From Thermodesulfobacteriota bacterium (lineage in GTDB: Bacteria; Desulfobacterota_D; UBA1144; Nemesobacterales; UBA2774), in NCBI GenBank assembly GCA_965223335.1, contig OZ244991.1:1280001-1344000 (forward strand): a stretch of DNA of 64,000 nucleotides. Reading direction: 5' to 3'. The translations under genes were made by a program, and so were the position numbers. The stretch's first letter is position 1; every line of letters starts with the position of its first letter. The notes below the pieces were generated by a model. It did not search any database, was not told the origin of the DNA, and saw nothing but the letters and a program-made list of their open reading frames with translations. This document shows, piece by piece, positions 56,761 through 64,000 of the stretch.

Positions 56761-57528
56761 ATGAAAAGGGATAGACAAATGATCTTTTTGGGTATCCCCT
56801 TGTTGCTCGTTGGATTGCTATATCTAGCAAGCTGCGCAACACCACCACCTACTCAAGAGCTTGCTGCTGCCGAATCGGCTGCGGCTGAAGCTCAGGCTGC
56901 TTGCGAGCAGTGTAAGGAAAGAGTGTGTGGGGATGATCCCGCCAGAGGCGATTATTGCGGAGCTCCTTGTGGCGAAGAAGAACTTGCAGCTGCAGCAGCA
57001 GCTCTTTCCAGAGGTAAAGCATTGGCTGGGGAATTCTGCAGTGAGCTCGAAGCTCGCAGAATGTTGATCGATGCAAAAGCTAAAGCTGATGAAGCTAAGT
57101 TAAAATGCTCTGAGCCCCCGCCACCGCCACCACCGCCACCGGCACCTGAAGCAGAATTAAAAGACATATTCTTTGATTTTGATAAGTCTAACATCAGGCC
57201 GGATGCAGCAGCAGTGCTAGATGAGAATGCCGGGGTTCTACAAGCGGATCCTAATCTTTCTGTTCTCATTGAGGGTTATGCAGACATCAGAGGTACACCT
57301 GCATACAACCTAAGACTCGCACAGCGCAGAGCTGATTCTACAAAAGCCTATCTATCACAGGCAGGCGTAGACCCAGCTAGGATTACCACTGCTAGCGGAG
57401 GAGAAACAACTCAGTTTGCGGCCGGAACGACTGAAGAAGCTTACCAGCTAAACAGGAGAGCTCACTTCATCGTAACATCACCGCAGGCTAAAGTGGGTGC
57501 AAGGTTAATCTTCACAAGAGCTAACTAA
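56761..57528 (+). CDS. OmpA/Pal-family lipoprotein with Cys-rich N-terminal domain and poly-Pro linker
   Basis: SD AAGGAGGT, lipobox LASC, 7 further Cys, P9 run, IFFDFDKS, IEGYADIRGT.AYNL.LAQRRA, NRRAHF. Confidence 0.88.
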   Translation: MKRDRQMIFLGIPLLLVGLLYLASCATPPPTQELAAAESAAAEAQAACEQCKERVCGDDPARGDYCGAPCGEEELAAAAAALSRGKALAGEFCSELEARRMLIDAKAKADEAKLKCSEPPPPPPPPPAPEAELKDIFFDFDKSNIRPDAAAVLDENAGVLQADPNLSVLIEGYADIRGTPAYNLRLAQRRADSTKAYLSQAGVDPARITTASGGETTQFAAGTTEEAYQLNRRAHFIVTSPQAKVGARLIFTRAN

Positions 57529-57592
57529 GCACGCGCTTAACCTAATCACGAATATTCTCTCTTCTGTGGAAACATAGAAGATTGAAAAAATT

Positions 57593-57630
57593 AAGGGGAG
57601 GAACCCTAACGGGTTTCTTCCCTTTTTTTT
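57593..57630 (+). terminator. Intrinsic terminator
   Basis: AAGGGGAGGAACCC-TAAC-GGGTTTCTTCCCTT followed by a T run. Confidence 0.85.
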
Positions 57631-57736
57631 GTATGCGTTTTGTAAACCTTTATGCCTGGGTCATGTTGCTTGACAGTTATCTGCTATGCGTGTTTACTAA
57701 TGCCTTAATTCCCCATTATTAATTTCATCTTACTCC

Positions 57737-59026
57737 ATGGATTTAAAAACAACTACATCCAAGCGTCTTTACAAGTCTGCCACACAGTATCTGCCGGGTG
57801 GTGTAAACAGCCCCGTGCGCTCTTTTAATGCTGTGGGTGGGGCGCCGCTCTTTATATCCAAAGCTAAGGGTGCGTACCTCTATGATGAGGATGGAAACAG
57901 GTTTATAGACTACATGTCGTCTTGGGGCCCGTTGATTTTGGGTCATGCTCATCCGGACCTGGTCAAAGCCGTTCGCGACGCAGCTACGCGTGGGACCAGT
58001 TACGGGGCGCCCTGCCGCGGGGAGATCGAGCTTGCAAAGCTGATAGTAAAGTCTTTTCCCTCAATAGATATGGTAAGAATGACAAGTTCGGGTACAGAGG
58101 CCACAATGAGTGCAGTAAGGCTTGCGCGGGCTTATACAAAAAGGGATTTGATAGTGAAATTTGAGGGTTGTTACCACGGGCATGCCGATTTCCTATTGGT
58201 ACAGGCCGGCTCGGGCGCAACTACTTTCGGTCATCCCAGCAGCCCCGGGGTGCCTAAATCGTTTACAGACAAAACTGTACTTGCCAAATACAATGATATA
58301 GCGTCGGTCGAAAGACTGTTTAAGAAACACAGGTCCAAGATCGCTGCCATAATACTGGAACCGGTAGCAGGTAACATGGGTGTGGTTCCGCCCGAAAAGG
58401 GGTTTTTGCAGAAGCTTCGTAAGATTGCTAAGCAAAACGGGGCGCTGCTTGTTTTCGATGAAGTAATAACGGGTTTTAGGCTCGGTCCCGGTGGGGCGCA
58501 GAAGAAATACGGTGTGACCCCCGATCTCACATGCCTGGGCAAGATAATCGGGGGAGGGCTCCCGGTGGGGGCTTTCGGCGGCAGGAAAAAGATAATGGAG
58601 ATGGTTGCTCCCATAGGACCAATGTATCAGGCAGGGACACTCTCGGGAAACCCGCTTGCGATGGCTGCGGGCTTGGCCACTTTAACCAAACTGCTAAAAA
58701 GAGGTACGTATCAAAAACTGAATTCTACATGCGAAAGCCTTGTAGATGGCATTAATGATATAGTCGCTAAGATTGGGATAGAGGTAAAAATTAACAGAGT
58801 GGATTCTATGTTTACGCTCTTTTTTACCGATACCGATGTTGTTGATTATAAGACGGCTCTTAGCTGTGATACAAAAAAATATTCCAGATTCTTTGAAAAA
58901 ATGCTAAGTGCTGGTATTATGTTTCCGCCTTCGCAGTTCGAGGCTGTTTTTGTATCTCTTGCACACACGGAGAGAGACATTAACAAGACTCTAGATGCGG
59001 TGAATAAATCTCTTAGGAATTTATAA
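57737..59026 (+). CDS. hemL: Glutamate-1-semialdehyde 2,1-aminomutase
   Basis: PGGVNSPVR, SGTEATMSA, FEGCYHGH, FDEVITGFR, GKIIGGGLP, YQAGTLSGNP, PSQFE. Confidence 0.98.
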   Translation: MDLKTTTSKRLYKSATQYLPGGVNSPVRSFNAVGGAPLFISKAKGAYLYDEDGNRFIDYMSSWGPLILGHAHPDLVKAVRDAATRGTSYGAPCRGEIELAKLIVKSFPSIDMVRMTSSGTEATMSAVRLARAYTKRDLIVKFEGCYHGHADFLLVQAGSGATTFGHPSSPGVPKSFTDKTVLAKYNDIASVERLFKKHRSKIAAIILEPVAGNMGVVPPEKGFLQKLRKIAKQNGALLVFDEVITGFRLGPGGAQKKYGVTPDLTCLGKIIGGGLPVGAFGGRKKIMEMVAPIGPMYQAGTLSGNPLAMAAGLATLTKLLKRGTYQKLNSTCESLVDGINDIVAKIGIEVKINRVDSMFTLFFTDTDVVDYKTALSCDTKKYSRFFEKMLSAGIMFPPSQFEAVFVSLAHTERDINKTLDAVNKSLRNL

Positions 59027-59080
59027 AAAATCACACAGGGGCAAAACAATAGTAACAATCGGAAACGAGTAACATGGTTT

Positions 59081-59281
59081 GTGTATGTAGTTGTGGGCTT
59101 TGAGCTCGCGTTCTCGGTTATATCGGGGATAGTGGTGGGACATTATTTGGATAAATACTTCGAGACCGAGGCCCCTTGGTTTACAATAGCCGGATTAATA
59201 CTGGGGGCGTTTGCGGGATTTAGTTTTTTAATAAGGATGGTAAAAAGGTTAGATAGTGGAAAGGGCAGAAAGACTGATTAA
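59081..59281 (+). CDS. atpZ: ATP synthase accessory protein AtpZ/AtpI-like (2 TM); true start may lie further upstream
   Basis: VGFELA..V..G..VG..LDKYF.T..PWFTI.GL.LG.FAGF; first gene of the Fo cluster. Confidence 0.85.
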   Translation: MYVVVGFELAFSVISGIVVGHYLDKYFETEAPWFTIAGLILGAFAGFSFLIRMVKRLDSGKGRKTD

Positions 59282-59639
59282 AATACCGGCCTTTGGGAAC
59301 GTAGAAAAGTATTCACTTGTGGTAATTGGTCTATTGGTTGTGGTCAATTATCTGTTGGGATACTCGGAGATGGCAATGGGAGTTGCGGCAGGGGGACTGT
59401 TGTTTGTTGCCAATTTCATAGCAATAAGGTTTATTGTTAACGCCCTTGTGGCAAATTCATACCCCACAGGTTTTGGAATCTTTGCATTTATCTTGAAGAT
59501 GGTTGTATTTATAGGAATTATAGCAGGCTTATTTTTATTCTCTAAATTAAACATTTATGGCTTTTTCATAGGGGTATCGGCAGTTGTAATAGTTATCATA
59601 GGAGAGGGTTTAAAAGGTAATAAAGATGGAACATTTTAG
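59256..59639 (+). CDS. atpI: ATP synthase subunit I (4 TM)
   Basis: Four hydrophobic helices, G...GG.L...NF, LK, GFFIG; lies between atpZ and atpB. Confidence 0.78.
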   Translation: MERAERLIKIPAFGNVEKYSLVVIGLLVVVNYLLGYSEMAMGVAAGGLLFVANFIAIRFIVNALVANSYPTGFGIFAFILKMVVFIGIIAGLFLFSKLNIYGFFIGVSAVVIVIIGEGLKGNKDGTF

Positions 59640-60324
59640 TTGGTTCACATTACTGGGTTTAGGAAAATACGATTACATATTTGGAGCGATTCTGGTACTG
59701 CTCTTTTTAATCTATGCGGGGTTTAAGATTAAAAAGACGCTCTCTCGGGACGATGCGATTTTGCCCGACGAAAAGTTTTCTCTAAGAACCATATTTGAAA
59801 TTCTGACCATTGATTTTTTGTTCGACCTGTTTACCAACATGCTGGGGTCGAAAGAAAATGCAAAGAGGTATTTTCCAATCCTGGGTGCTTCATTTTTCTT
59901 TATTCTGTTTGCTAACCTGCTGGGTATAGTCCCCGGGTTTTTGCCCCCCACGGGTAACTTCAACACACCGGTGGCCTGTGCAATCGTAATCTTTGTGCTC
60001 TATAACTACTATGGGTTTAAGGAAAACGGCATAAGCTACTTAAAGCACTTTGCGGGGCCTGTGCTCTTTTTAGCACCCCTTATGTTTATAATCGAGGTCA
60101 TTAGTCATTTTGTAAGGCCTATATCCCTCTCACTTAGGCTCTTTATGAACATTACAGGTGACCACATGGTGTTGGGTGTATTCACCAACTTGGTTCACTA
60201 CATAATACCGGCCATATTTGTCGGGCTAGGTATTTTTGTTTCTATACTACAGGCATTCATTTTCACGGTGTTGTCAGCGATATACATCTCATTGGCTACT
60301 GCTCATGATGCGGAGATTGAATAA
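59626..60324 (+). CDS. atpB: ATP synthase Fo subunit a
   Basis: NLLGIVPG..PPT, EVISHFVRPISLSLRLFMN, LQAFIF.VL..IYI. Confidence 0.97.
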   Translation: MEHFSWFTLLGLGKYDYIFGAILVLLFLIYAGFKIKKTLSRDDAILPDEKFSLRTIFEILTIDFLFDLFTNMLGSKENAKRYFPILGASFFFILFANLLGIVPGFLPPTGNFNTPVACAIVIFVLYNYYGFKENGISYLKHFAGPVLFLAPLMFIIEVISHFVRPISLSLRLFMNITGDHMVLGVFTNLVHYIIPAIFVGLGIFVSILQAFIFTVLSAIYISLATAHDAEIE

Positions 60325-60373
60325 AATTGGAAAATAAACACAATAACATTTACAACCTTAAGGAGGTATGCAG

Positions 60374-60700
60374 ATGAGAAAGGTACTTACATTTCTTTCT
60401 GTAATCGGTGTGGCTGTTGTAGCCGGATTGTTCCCTGAGTCTGCTTTTGCTGCTGAGTCGGGCGGGGGTGAGATGACCAAATTGGGTCTGGCACTCGGTG
60501 CTGGGCTTGGAATAGGGATTGCTGCCGGTGTTGCAGGTCTCGGTCAGGGGCGCGCAACTGCTGCTGCACTTAGCGGAATTGCCAGAAACCCGGGTGCGAG
60601 CTCAAAGATTCTAACCCCGATGATCATCGGTCTTGCTCTAATAGAATCTCTGGTTATCTATGCTCTACTTATAGCATTTCTGCTGCAAGGTAAAATATAA
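60374..60700 (+). CDS. atpE: ATP synthase Fo subunit c with N-terminal signal-like extension
   Basis: GxGxGxA helix, GLGQG, ARNP loop, [13 protein letters not shown] 60374 best fits SD AAGGAGGT. Confidence 0.97.
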   Translation: MRKVLTFLSVIGVAVVAGLFPESAFAAESGGGEMTKLGLALGAGLGIGIAAGVAGLGQGRATAAALSGIARNPGASSKILTPMIIGLALIESLVIYALLIAFLLQGKI

Positions 60701-60715
60701 ACAAAATGGCTTTAA

Positions 60716-60752
60716 ATGGGGGAGAGTGATACACACGCTCCCCCATGGTTTT
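60716..60752 (+). terminator. Probable terminator after atpE
   Basis: ATGGGGGAG...CTCCCCCAT stem followed by GGTTTTT. Confidence 0.6.
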
Positions 60753-60790
60753 TGATTGGGCATTATCTAATCAGTTTAAATCGGGTGAAA

Positions 60791-61255
60791 ATGACTAGCC
60801 ATAAATGTTATGTTAACTGCTCGCTTAAACTCGTTCTGATTATCCCGCTTATCTTTTTGCTTAACTGCTCACCGGGGGACATTACCGGTGCGGACCATGT
60901 TAAGAACCTATCAGACACCACAAATCTCTACTATAAACTGCTTATGTGGAAGTACTATGATAAAGCCACCAGGTTTATAGACCCCGAGATGGCAAAGCAG
61001 TATGAGGAATTTGTGGATAGGAACGAAAAAGATCTGAACATCACTAATTATGAGATAAAAGAGGTGGTCATGATCGACGGCGGGGGCGGAGAGACTAAAG
61101 ACGGGGATCCGAAGTCAAGCATAGTTCGCGTGACATTCACATACTACAAGTACCCATCGGTGTCTGAAAAGACCAAAACGCTTGAGGACACATGGATAAG
61201 GCTCGATAAGCGGTGGTACATCTCGTCGGAGTTCGAAGAAGGCACTTTTGATTAG
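60791..61255 (+). CDS. Hypothetical lipoprotein (possible NTF2-like fold)
   Basis: LLNC lipobox; Y...L.W..Y..A..F and I..YEI...TW......WY pattern; start placed after the terminator. Confidence 0.6.
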   Translation: MTSHKCYVNCSLKLVLIIPLIFLLNCSPGDITGADHVKNLSDTTNLYYKLLMWKYYDKATRFIDPEMAKQYEEFVDRNEKDLNITNYEIKEVVMIDGGGGETKDGDPKSSIVRVTFTYYKYPSVSEKTKTLEDTWIRLDKRWYISSEFEEGTFD

Positions 61256-61288
61256 CACTAAACCTAAGCAATATGAACACTCCAATTA

Positions 61289-62653
61289 TTATTTGCCCTC
61301 GATCGGGTAGTTCTCCGAAACAAACTTTTTAGCTTGCTCTTTGTCTTGTATCTCGCCCTCTAGTTGTGCCTCTTCAACAGAGTTTAGGATCTCGGAGAAT
61401 AGCGGCCCTGGAGCATAGCCCATGTATATGAGGTCATTTCCGTCAAGTAGTTGGGCCGGTCTTATGTCCTCTATCTGGAACTCCTCCATTTTCTCACGAA
61501 CGAATTCATATGCCTCCATCATCCCGTGGCTCGCCTGACAGTCGGCGAGGTGTAGGCTCAGATGGTCTTCGAAATAAGGCATACCTATAAAGCGCTTTAG
61601 GGTGCTTACCCTCATTTTGGTTACATCTTTAAACTTGAGGTGCTCGCGGACCAATGACTCGATCCTCTCGACCTGTTTGTTAGAGAACTTAAGCTCTTTG
61701 CATATTTTCTTTGACATCTGGGCACCCAGGCGGTCGTGTCCGTTAAACCGTATTCTGTCGGATACAGTATAGGTAGGGGGTTTGCCGATATCGTGGAGCA
61801 GTGCTCCCATTGCCAACTCTGGACCCACATCCCCATTGCAGTTTGTGTATAGGTAGTCGAGTACAAGGCAGGTGTGTGTAAAAACATCACCTTCGGGGTG
61901 GAATTCAGGTGGCTGTTCTACTCCATACATCTTATCTACATCGGGGAGTATATAGGGGAGTATTCCGGTCTCGCGAAGAGCCGTTAATCCCTTACCGGGA
62001 TTTTCCTGCGAGATTATTTTTACAATCTCGTCCCTCAAGCGTTCGTTGCTGACCTGTACAATCTGGGGGGCCATTTCCTTGATTGCGCAGAGCGTGTCCG
62101 GGTTGTACTCAAACCCAAAGCGTGAACCGAACCGAACTGCCCTTATGAGCCTTAGCTTATCCTCTGTGAATCGTAGATGCGCATCGCCTATGGTTTGTAT
62201 CAGTTTTTTCTCAAGGTCTTTAAGCCCGCCCACATAGTCAATAACCTGCTCGGTGATCGGATCGTATAGCATCCCGTTTATTGTGAAGTCGCGCCTTAGC
62301 ACGTCCTGTTCCACATCAGTGCTAAACGACACATCGTCTGGGCGCCGGCCGTCTGAGTAGCTTACGTCTTGTCGGTAAGTAGCTACCTCGTATTTAAACT
62401 CGTCTTCGAGTACCAGCACTACACCGAAACTCGCACCCACAGGTACAGTGTGGTCAAACACACTCATCACTTCGTCGGGGGTGGCATCGGTAGTAATGTC
62501 ATACTCTGAGGGTGCGGTGCCCAGTACCATGTCACGCACACACCCACCCACACAGTAGGCCTCGTAACCCTCGTCCTTTAGCCTGAGCACTAGTTTCTTT
62601 GCCGTATCATAGAGCTCGCTCGTGTAAGGTTTTAATTCCAATAGTTCCTTCAT
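61289..62653 (-). CDS. cca: Class II tRNA nucleotidyltransferase (CCA-adding) with HD domain
   Basis: VGGCVRD, YDITTD, EVATYR, RRDFTING, EDKLRLIRAVRF, HPEGDVFTH...LLHDIGKP. Confidence 0.92.
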   Translation of the reverse strand: MKELLELKPYTSELYDTAKKLVLRLKDEGYEAYCVGGCVRDMVLGTAPSEYDITTDATPDEVMSVFDHTVPVGASFGVVLVLEDEFKYEVATYRQDVSYSDGRRPDDVSFSTDVEQDVLRRDFTINGMLYDPITEQVIDYVGGLKDLEKKLIQTIGDAHLRFTEDKLRLIRAVRFGSRFGFEYNPDTLCAIKEMAPQIVQVSNERLRDEIVKIISQENPGKGLTALRETGILPYILPDVDKMYGVEQPPEFHPEGDVFTHTCLVLDYLYTNCNGDVGPELAMGALLHDIGKPPTYTVSDRIRFNGHDRLGAQMSKKICKELKFSNKQVERIESLVREHLKFKDVTKMRVSTLKRFIGMPYFEDHLSLHLADCQASHGMMEAYEFVREKMEEFQIEDIRPAQLLDGNDLIYMGYAPGPLFSEILNSVEEAQLEGEIQDKEQAKKFVSENYPIEGK

Positions 62654-62732
62654 TGTTTTATATTCCGAGTTTTGATGTATATTTTACACTCTATCTGAGC
62701 AAAGATAATCTTGGGGTACCGAATTTTCCATT

Positions 62733-63746
62733 ATGAAATACAATACCATACCAGAGCTCATAGATGCTCGAGTCAAGGAGTACGGATCGAGGCTCTTGTT
62801 TCAGCAGCGAGACGGCTGGAGCTGGAAACAGATCACATGGCTCGATTTTGATCGCAGTGTAAAGAATGTAGCCTCGTATATGCTCGGCCAGGGTTTTAGT
62901 GTGGGAGATAGTGCCGTGTTTATGAGCGCTAACCGTTTGGAATCCCTTGAGACTGAGGTTGCGGTGCTTCATTTAGGCGGGGTAATAATCCCGGTTGAGT
63001 CCGTTTCTGATATTGAAGTGCTTAAATCGCAGGATATAGGGGAATCGGTAAGGTTTATTATTATAGATGATCTTAGTGCTCTCGATAGCGTGATTGCTCT
63101 CTCGAGTGAGTTCCCGGGGCTTAGATCCATTGTCGTCTTCACTGGCCAAAGGATTGAGCACCAAGGGGTGCTTAACTTTAAGTCTGTGCTAAAAGAGGGC
63201 TTGTTAAGCCGTAAAAAGCTAACTGATGAGCTTAGAGAAAGATCTCAGAGCGTGGGGCCGGACACGTTAGCGGGAGTTTTTTACGAAGCCGGTGAGAGTG
63301 GGCCGAATACCACTGAACTCACACACAAACAAATCGTTGATTCGCTGTTAAATGTATCCGGTAAGCTATCTTTCCTTACCGAAGAGGACCAGTTCTACTC
63401 GTATATGTCAACGGCAAGTCCCTACGGAAAGTTCATTAACTATCTGGCTCTGTTTACCACAAGCAGGGCTGCCATGGCAGAGACTCCCGAAGACTTTGTA
63501 GAGGATGTGCTAGAGGTCATGCCCACTCTGCTGTTTAAAACAAAGAAGGGTATGGAACAAATTTGCGTCTCGTTACTTTCGTACACCAACGGTGCGAGTT
63601 CAGAGAACAAGCTAGTAAACATATTGGGAAGAAGGATCAAATATGTGCTTACGGATGACCTGCCCGCGGAGGATATCGTGGAGCTGTTTGAAGAGGGCGG
63701 GATCAAGGTAATACATATCACAGAGCTAAATGACCCTATGGACTAA
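62733..63746 (+). CDS. Degenerate/truncated AMP-binding (long-chain acyl-CoA synthetase-like) protein
   Basis: N-terminus like FadD15-type enzymes (W..ITW..F...V..VA..L...G...GD...S.NR.E); P-loop decayed (FYEAGESGPNTTELTH); ends at 337 aa. Confidence 0.65.
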   Translation: MKYNTIPELIDARVKEYGSRLLFQQRDGWSWKQITWLDFDRSVKNVASYMLGQGFSVGDSAVFMSANRLESLETEVAVLHLGGVIIPVESVSDIEVLKSQDIGESVRFIIIDDLSALDSVIALSSEFPGLRSIVVFTGQRIEHQGVLNFKSVLKEGLLSRKKLTDELRERSQSVGPDTLAGVFYEAGESGPNTTELTHKQIVDSLLNVSGKLSFLTEEDQFYSYMSTASPYGKFINYLALFTTSRAAMAETPEDFVEDVLEVMPTLLFKTKKGMEQICVSLLSYTNGASSENKLVNILGRRIKYVLTDDLPAEDIVELFEEGGIKVIHITELNDPMD

Positions 63747-64000
63747 TCCTCTTTCGAGTCTACAGAGCAGGTAGCGCTACCCTTACTGAAACTTAGTCTT
63801 AGAGTATCACCCTCGGTCAACTGACCCGAATCCGACACGACATTCATCTCAGGAAGTTTATACGCTATGCTGTAGCCGCGGTGAAGCACTTTAAGGGGGC
63901 TTAGTGCATCGAGCTTGCCCGCAAGCGATCCTAAGTCCGAAGACATTTTGTCCACCGTCTGCTTAAGGGTTCGCACTATATCGTTTTCGATCTGGTCGAT
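63743..64000 (-). CDS. xseA: Exodeoxyribonuclease VII large subunit, 3' end (partial, runs off the window)
   Basis: LDALSPLKVLHRGYSI...GD.L.L.F..G C-terminal signature; frame is open to base 64000. Confidence 0.92.
   Translation of the reverse strand: MDQIENDIVRTLKQTVDKMSSDLGSLAGKLDALSPLKVLHRGYSIAYKLPEMNVVSDSGQLTEGDTLRLSFSKGSATCSVDSKED

Noticed and set aside
1..64000. CRISPR array, rRNA, prophage, integrase or IS element
   Set aside because: No regularly spaced 25-45-nt repeats, rRNA-like tracts, or recombinase/transposase/phage ORFs were seen; nearly all long ORFs have recognisable cellular functions.

Overview
Bacterial chromosomal window made mostly of core genes. It holds the gcvT-H-P operon, recJ, aroQ, murJ, a near-complete dcw cluster (mraZ to ftsZ, no ddl), ftsY-ribD-nadD-rsfS, dnaE, pcrA/uvrD, ispE with tRNA-Gln(UUG), pal-like/cpoB/pal-like, hemL followed by the Fo part of the ATP synthase (atpZ-I-B-E), a CCA-adding enzyme and the 3' end of xseA. 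Gene order (hemL-atpZIBE split from F1, DUF4911, TPR-aroQ) suggests a diderm of the Desulfobacterota/Dadabacteria type; this is inference only. I saw no CRISPR array, rRNA, integrase or transposase. Accessory patches are at 1-7.5 kb, 16-21.5 kb and 51.8-55 kb. The most notable candidates are: (1) a secreted acetolactate-decarboxylase/cyclase-family fusion; (2) a ~1020-aa lipoprotein joining a cytochrome P460-like domain to five more c-type hemes; (3) a GH5 cellulase with a duplicated [Ca-binding Cys repeat + CBM2] module behind a sigma54-type promoter; (4) a candidate anti-Shine-Dalgarno sRNA ending in a perfect 17-bp hairpin; (5) rsfS apparently starting at an ATA codon that overlaps the nadD stop; (6) a structured leader upstream of pcrA; (7) a His/Tyr/acidic block protein; and (8) a degenerate AMP-binding protein. 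All family calls come from motif recognition by eye; no database searches were run.
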